Shown in pieces: positions 55,808 through 64,000 of a stretch of 64,000 nucleotides of DNA (positions are counted from its first letter, which is position 1; each line of letters opens with the position of its first letter). The DNA is from the human T2T-CHM13v2.0 reference genome, Homo sapiens: assembly GCF_009914755.1 (NCBI RefSeq), contig NC_060925.1, one strand, 5' to 3'. The notes under the pieces were generated by a model, which did no database searches, was not told the origin of the DNA, and worked only from the letters and a program-made list of their open reading frames with translations. The position numbers and the translations under genes were made by a program.

Positions 55808-56106
55808 GGAAGGACACAGTGGCCCACACCTGTAATCCCAACACTTTGGGAGTCCAAGGCAGAAGGATGGCTTGAGCCCAGGAGTTCAAGACCAGCCTGG
55901 GCCACAAAGTGAGACCCTGTCTCTACAAAAAATTAAAAAACTAACTGGGCATGGTGATGCATGTCTCTAGTCCCAGCTACTTGGGAGGCTGAGGTGGGAG
56001 GACCACTTGATCCCAGGAGGTTGAGGCTGCAGTGAACCATGTTACCACTGCTGCATTTCAGCTCGGGTGACAGAGCAAGACCCTGTCAAAAAAAAAAAAA
56101 AAAAAA
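55808..56106 (+). mobile_element. Alu (AluJ-like)
   Basis: ggcttgagcccaggagttcaagaccagcctggg...poly-A. Confidence 0.88.
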
Positions 56107-56708
56107 CTTACCTAGAAATTTCACATCTTCTGCTATGCTTCAGATAAGCAGGAAAATTCATATAGGAATGCTCACTGTATCACTCCCTTAAAATCTTCTT
56201 TTAAGCATTTTATGCTAGGAGGTATTACACTTCAATTCCTAAGTAGGTGTGTACTTTTTGTATATAATGATGTATGAAAGGGTTGACCTGTATGCATCAA
56301 GATGTCTCCCCAATTTAACAGTATCATAAATTCACAACTGTGTAATTATCAAACCACAGTATTATTGGATGAGTCTCAGTGCTTTAGTCACTAAAATGGT
56401 TATGCAATTTTGAATATTTATTGACGTTGTTCTCAGGGACTGTTGAATTGTTTTTACTCACATTCTTATATTCTTCCTTCATGATTAGCCAAGACATTCT
56501 TGACAGCAAGATTCAGGCATACAGAAAGTTTCTACTTCAAAATATGGAAAATCTTCTTACCATCTAGGTGCAGATCATATCTAAGTCCCCTGAAGAAAAA
56601 GAAAATGGAAACTTTTCTTACTAAGTGGAATTCAAAATGGTTAACTAAGTATGAGAGAGGGGACATCAAAAGTAAGGAAGAGAAATCCCATTATAAAAAG
56701 TGTGCACA

Positions 56709-57011
56709 GGCCAGGCACAATGATTCACACCTGTAATCCCAGCACTTTGGGAGGCCAAGACGGGAGGATTGCTTGAGGCTAGGAGTTCAAGACCAGCCTG
56801 GGCAACATGTTGAAACCCTAACTCTACAAAAAATACAAAAATTAGCTGGGCATGGTGGTGCACGCCTATGGTCCCAGCCACTCAGGAGTCTGAGGTGGAA
56901 GAATCACCTGTGCCTGAGAAGTCAAGACTGCAGTAAGCCATGATCACACCACTCCACCACTCCAGTCTGGGTGACAAAGTGAGACCCTGTCTCCAAAAAA
57001 AAAAAAAAAAA
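56709..57011 (+). mobile_element. Alu (AluJ-like)
   Basis: ggaggattgcttgaggctaggagttcaagacc...poly-A. Confidence 0.88.
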
Positions 57012-59064
57012 TGCATTAAAAATCTCCTTCTAAGTAAGTAATTCATTGGGAGATAATTAATGGCTGGAAACAGGTATTTATAATGGAAGCATACATGGCC
57101 TTAACGATAGGGTTTGCTTCTGAAAACACTCTAATTAAAAAGGGGAAGAGTAATTTTATAGGAAAGTACAAATCAGTGGTGTGTATGTCTACCAGTGTGT
57201 GCAAAGAGACAGAGGTGGTAATTGCTGGACTCAGACCAGGTATCAGCAACAACTAAACATAATGACCTTATAAATATGCAGATAGGATTTCTGACAAAGC
57301 TAAAAGTACATCATTATTATTATTCATCAATGTGGAATGGAATGTGAAATTGGAATCAGCAGGTGAGGGGTGGTTGTACCTGAATATCCTGGATACCAAC
57401 TTGTTTTTGTTTTTAATCATTCTAATCTCTGTTAAGAATAATGTCACATGACTACTTTATCCTCTTTCTCAGACCACTGATCCAACCATTTCTCTTTCAC
57501 ACTTTTGCCTCCTTTCCTCTTATAACAGGTACTAACAGTCTAAGCAGAAAAAGAAGAACAGATGGTGGTAAGACCTAGAATGTTTACCCCATTAAGATCT
57601 ATATCTGAATCCAGAAGGAACACCTCATTGCCGAGAAGAGCCCTGCAGACAGTTCACACCTCTGTTTCTTTTGCAAGATATAGCTACCTCAAAAAATCCT
57701 TTCTTGATCAAACTCTTATGGCCTGGAATCCTTGCGTTTCTGCTGATGACTGTCATTTTAGAGTACTTACTAAAGACAATGGTTGGGGAAATAGATATTT
57801 TAAAAATAAGGGAAGAAGTGGGTAGGGTAAACCCAGGCTTACTTATGTAAACTCTGAGTGCTGAAGTTAGAAGACAACCTTTAAGATTAAAAAAAAAAAC
57901 AAACAAAAAAAAACGGCAAAGTTAGAACACACAAAAGATAGTATAGTTCCTTACCCATCCACCACTTGGTTTTGAGGAGAAAAGGGAAATAAGAAGAGTT
58001 GAAGAGAAGAAAAACAGAACAGAAGAGTGGGAAAGGAAGATGAAAGGGTGCTCTGGAGTACTATGCACCTGTTTAGAAGTGGGGAAGTAGCACAAACACT
58101 AGCAAAAGAAGAACCACCATGGAGTTCCTCCTTGCACATCTCTCTCCCCTCCTGAAGGCCTAGGGTGAGCCCACAGCATTGTTCCAGCAGTGAGGGAGTC
58201 TTCACTGCCCCCTGAGACTCTCTCACGGCTCTTAAGATACCTCCCTGAAGTCCCTCCAAAGAATTCAATGTGCCCCTAGTCTAAATCAGTTTCCTCCATC
58301 ATAAATACTCATAGATGATGCAACAATAAAACGTTAATAACGATAATGGCAATTTTGTGTGTCAAACATTGTATTAAGCACTTTACCTGCTTTATTGTTT
58401 GTAATGCTTCAACAGCTTATGAGTAGGTATTATTATTTCTACTTTACAGTGCAGAAAATGAAACCTGAGTAAGTTGTCTTAGATCACACAGCTGCTAAGC
58501 AGTGGCACAGGGATTTAAGCCCAGGTCCATCTGATCAACTCCGATGGCACATAATTGACCTCTGCATTGTCCCGCCTGCCCACAGGTCACTGCCTCAGTG
58601 ATCCAGTCCCATCCGTTGTTTAGATAACTGAATAAGTTATCCTCGAATCATTTATTGTAAGCCTAGTCTCTCAAGTTTACTGTGAGTCAAGGGCTAGGTC
58701 ATATACCTCTTTTGTGCTCTTCTATATCGTGGCATCCAACCTCTTGCTTGTCAGCTTCCAACTCTGGTTCAACTTAAGGACTTCTTTTCCTGGCATCTGC
58801 CCCTTATATGGGAGGTGTTCATACAATTCTACTGATTGTTTTCACCTTACAACTTTTTATTTTGAAATACTCTCTTCTAAGTGTTCCTAGTAAATTTTTT
58901 AAAGCCAGCAAGGAAAAAAAATTCTATTTATTGCCAACTAATTATAAACATTAAAACATCAATTTAAAATTTAAAGGAAAAATGACCTATAATACCACCA
59001 CTAATAGCATTTTCATGTGTTTTATTCATTTGTTCTTCATATGTATGTTCTTACAGAGTTGTAA

Positions 59065-59420
<356 letters not shown>

Positions 59421-60161
59421 TAGGCAATTCATATACCATAAATATTTTCCTTTGTTGTACATAGTTGCCATACATAGCATTGTTATTGTCTGCAAAATAT
59501 TCCAGCCTTAATTAATATATAGAGCTAGAATACTTTCTATATTAGTATTGGGATCTGTATCCAGAAGTTGTCCATCTTATTTCAAAGACAGCCTTTGGGG
59601 ACAATCCCTCCATACTTCTTTTATTGCCAATCACAATTGGATGAATAAGTGGACTCTTTCTTTGTCTTGAATCAGGGAGATGGATCAGCCCAAAAGAATC
59701 CCCTGCTGTTGTTCTCCAATCCCCTCCCTAGCATTTACAAGTCTTCACCTCTCTGCTGTAGCCTCTTTCCTTCTTTCTGTTCCCCATTTTCTTCCCAGCA
59801 AAAGGCTTCACTTCCTACTTCACTAAAGACATCTCCTAGTTCAAATATCACCTCCCCTGCAAAACCTTCCCTAGCCCTCACCATTTCTACACTGACAGGC
59901 CATCTAAGGACTCCCTACCATCTCCCATCTCAACCTCACAACTCATCACTTATGTACCCACCTTTACTTCCTTGTGTTGTATCTCAGAAAAAAAGAGTCT
60001 TTCCTTCTTTCAATGCTAATTCTTCAGCATTGGCCATTGATTTAATTCCCTTCTGCCTTCTCCAGGACCATTTTGCATTCAATACCCACTGATTCCCACT
60101 GTCTCATCATTCATCTTTCCCTCTCTACTGGCTTAATCCCTCAGCCAACAGTTTTCTTCCA

Positions 60162-60162
<1 letters not shown>

Positions 60163-60223
<61 letters not shown>
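60163..60223 (+). repeat. (AC)30 perfect microsatellite
   Basis: Read directly. Confidence 0.97.
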
Positions 60224-60224
<1 letters not shown>

Positions 60225-60733
60225 TTTCTATTGTATTTCTATTTCAAATTCATCTTTCACTTCCAAACCTCTTAAAACAGTGGTTTGTCCCTTGCTGTTT
60301 TTATTTCTGCAATTTATTACAGCTTCCTCTTCTTACATTTATTGAGCACTTAAGATGTAAAAACAATATGGAAATAGAGATCGATAAAGCAGTCCCTACT
60401 CCCGAAGAGCTTCTAGTTAGTAGGGAAGATAGTAAACCAAATCAACACAACAAATAAAATACATTTTATGACATAAATATGTGCACAAGTATCCATGGGG
60501 GGCTGCCTGGAGGAAATTGGAGAGACTTCCTAGGGAGGTGACATTTGAGTTAGGCCTTGAACAATGAGTTCAATATTACCAGGCAGAGACTGTACATATA
60601 TTGCACATGACTGACAGGAACAATTTATGCAGATAACTGAGAAACCATATTAATGATTACTTAGGAAATATCAAATAATTCAGGTGTCATCAGAGTAAGG
60701 AACATCTGGGGAAGAGATGAAGAGTCATTTAGG

Positions 60734-60916
60734 CTAGTTGTTCTCAAACTTTAGCATTTATCAGAATCATCCAGAAGACTTGTAAAAATGCCAATTGCTA
60801 GGCTTCATTCCCAAAGTTTTGAAAGGGATGTGGGTTGAGCCAGATAATTTACATTTATAACATTCTCAAGTGATGCCAGTGCTGCTGATCTAGGGACCAC
60901 ACTTTGAGAACCACTG
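60734..60916. mobile_element. MER5A-like element within L2-derived sequence
   Basis: ttctcaaactttagcatttatcagaatca...gggaccacactttgagaaccactg. Confidence 0.8.
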
Positions 60917-61462
60917 GCTTAGTAATCCAGCTTCTGCTTCAGTCGTTATAGTGAAATTACTTTTAGATGTCACCAAAGATCTCCAACTGTCAAATGCAAT
61001 GAACTCATTCTCAGTCTTCATTTTCCTTGATGAGTTTGCAGCATTTGACATCATTGGCAATTTCAGTGAGCTCTTAACTGTCTCCCAGCTTTTAGCCTCT
61101 CTTTTAGTCCATTCAGTACTCTGAAGCCCACAGGATTGTCCAAAATACAAGTATAAACCCATCACTTCATACTTAAAACTCACCAATGGCTCCCCATTCT
61201 CTACAGTTAGAGCCCAAACTGGACAGATGGCATGGAAAATCGTTGGCATTCTGACCACATTTACCTCTCCCCCTGCTGCTGCCCAGGATTGCATAGCCTT
61301 TGTTCCAGGCACATCAAGCTACCAGCCAGTCCCCAGACATGCTGGGGGCTCATGTCCTCTTCACCTTCATATGTGCACTTCCCTTTGCCTATAATGCCCT
61401 TGCTGCCTCCCCTCCCCTATCCCATCCTCCCCTGGATCCATAGTGATATAGTGGACCCATAG

Positions 61463-62195
<733 letters not shown>

Positions 62196-63149
62196 CCTAT
62201 GGAATTTTGGGTGAAGGCCTAGCTCCAATGTCATCTTCTCTCCAAAGCCTTCCTCAGCTTCCTGGCTCCTTTCCCTGAGGTCCTCCACGGTTGGTTTCTA
62301 TGTATTATATATACCACTTAACAACTAGTTGAACATGTGATTACTATATGGGGACTTGCTTCAGTCTCTGAATCTTACTCTGAATCTATCTTGTTATTTT
62401 TGTTATTCTCATAAAAGGCTTTCAATATAGGTGTATTGAATGAATGTTGGGAACATAGTACACATTTGATAAATAATGATTTGAGTAGGCACTTGCTGCT
62501 TACCCAGTGGAACAGGCAAGCAGGCAAAGAGGAGGAGGAGGACACAAAGAGAAACTATGTTAATGAGCAAGAATCAAATGTGCCACCTCACAGCCTCCTG
62601 ACTCCCTGCCTTAGAGGGTGAACCACAGGCTATTTCCCATGATTCCCTCTTCTTTGATGACACAGTGATTTGTTAGCTCTGTGGACTGGAGAGTTATGCA
62701 GCTGCCTTTCTCGCTTTCAACAAGGTACTTGCTGGAGGACTTATCCAAAGCTGAGAAGCAACACCTGTGGGGACTGGGCAGGAAACACTTTAGTAGTTTG
62801 TCTTGGTGCATGCACCACAAGCAGACAGCCATTTGCCTTCCATTTAGTTTCTGCAACTGAAGGAATACTGGGGGATTCTCTGCCGCCAGGAAGAAGAGAG
62901 CCGCCCCCCCCGCCACCATCCATTCTTCCTCTCTCTCTCTTCCTTAGTCTTACCCCTGCACATTCTGATTGTTGTGGTGACCAGATCCTGTGGAAATAAA
63001 ACAGGCCTGAGTTCCTATGTGGCTGGGCTGTATCCTCCTCCTTCTCTAATAAAGCTATGACGTTAAGGAAGCCCTATCAACTGATGAGCTCAGAATGCCC
63101 ATGCCTTTTGTCACCTAGCCTTTCCCCATCTCTGTGCAAATGGCTACTA

Positions 63150-63380
63150 GAACAGCCATTTATAAAGTGACAACTATGTGTTGGGTGTTTTGCATACATG
63201 ATCTCATTAGATCCATACAACATTCCTGCAAGAAAGATATCTTTATCTCCATTTAACAAATAGAGATACTGATGCTCAAAGAAGTCAAATAACTTATCCA
63301 ATGTTGACAAGCTAACAAGTGGTAGGGGTCAGATTTGAACCTATGTTGCAACCATTTTAGAGTCCTGTATGTTTTCCATT
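63150..63380 (-). mobile_element. MIR
   Basis: actatgtgttgggtg...atctcattagatcc...tctccatttaacaaatagagatactga...agatttgaacc. Confidence 0.7.
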
Positions 63381-64000
63381 ATTTATATCATCTTGGAGAA
63401 CTAAAAAAGGTGAAAGTTACAGAGTCAGCCAATGTCATAGCAGGAATTAAATTCAAGGTGTTCTGATTTCCAGGGCAGCCTACAAATATCCACCATATTG
63501 AAAGAACTGTTTGAATGGATATGTTTAATGTTCCAAGAATTTATGAAACTTAAAAATATATGTTGATACTACAGTTTGAAAAGGACCCAGAATTGGAAAA
63601 GCTGCTTGTTCATGAGTGTCCCTTGTCTCTACTGTCCTGTAGTCAGTGCCCCCTCAAAATTGGATGCATCTGAGTGGAGATGCTTTTCTGTCACCTAAAG
63701 TCACACATTTACCTTTGATCCAGACCCTCCCCAGAAGCAGTGCTTTTGAAATCTCTTCTCCTCTTCTTTTTGTTTGACAAAATATAAATGATTGTTTATT
63801 TCTAGAACGATGCCAAATTCAATAAAGCAATGATGGAGTTGTGTTTTGTTTTCTGGTCAAGTTGACACCATAAAGTGGGTTTTCCTGAATATTTCCCTGT
63901 TCCACTGGTGTTCTTGGCATTGTGAATAAACAGAGATGGTGATAACATCCATCATAGAGTTAAGCACATTGAGTGGGTGATAAAGTCAACAAGAAGCTGA

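Overview
Human (or very closely related hominid) genomic DNA carrying the 5' end of NOTCH2 on the minus strand. Visible parts: a CpG-island promoter (~49890-51260), exon 1 (coding 50595-50667, signal peptide), a 39,347-bp intron 1, exon 2 (11166-11247, start of EGF-like repeat 1), about 11 kb of intron 2 and about 13 kb of upstream sequence. Spliced exons 1+2 read [52 protein letters not shown]. The start ATG is intact, there is no c.17_18 deletion, and residues 19/21 are Cys/Ala. This favours NOTCH2 itself over the near-identical human-specific NOTCH2NL paralogs, but two exons cannot prove it. The most notable structure is the 5'UTR (GGC)6(GGA)3GGC repeat, the counterpart of the NOTCH2NLC disease repeat. 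It sits inside an ATG-initiated, out-of-frame overlapping uORF that is missing from the ORF track because it is short and spliced. That uORF encodes a 50-aa polyglycine microprotein and stops 19 nt before the in-frame Met40. The rest of the window is mostly interspersed repeats (Alu, L1, L2, MIR, MaLR LTR, Tigger1, MER5), plus several candidate cryptic exons and a close inverted Alu pair. Repeat subfamilies and boundaries were assigned by eye and are approximate. Almost all other ORF-track entries are repeat-derived or GC-content artefacts.
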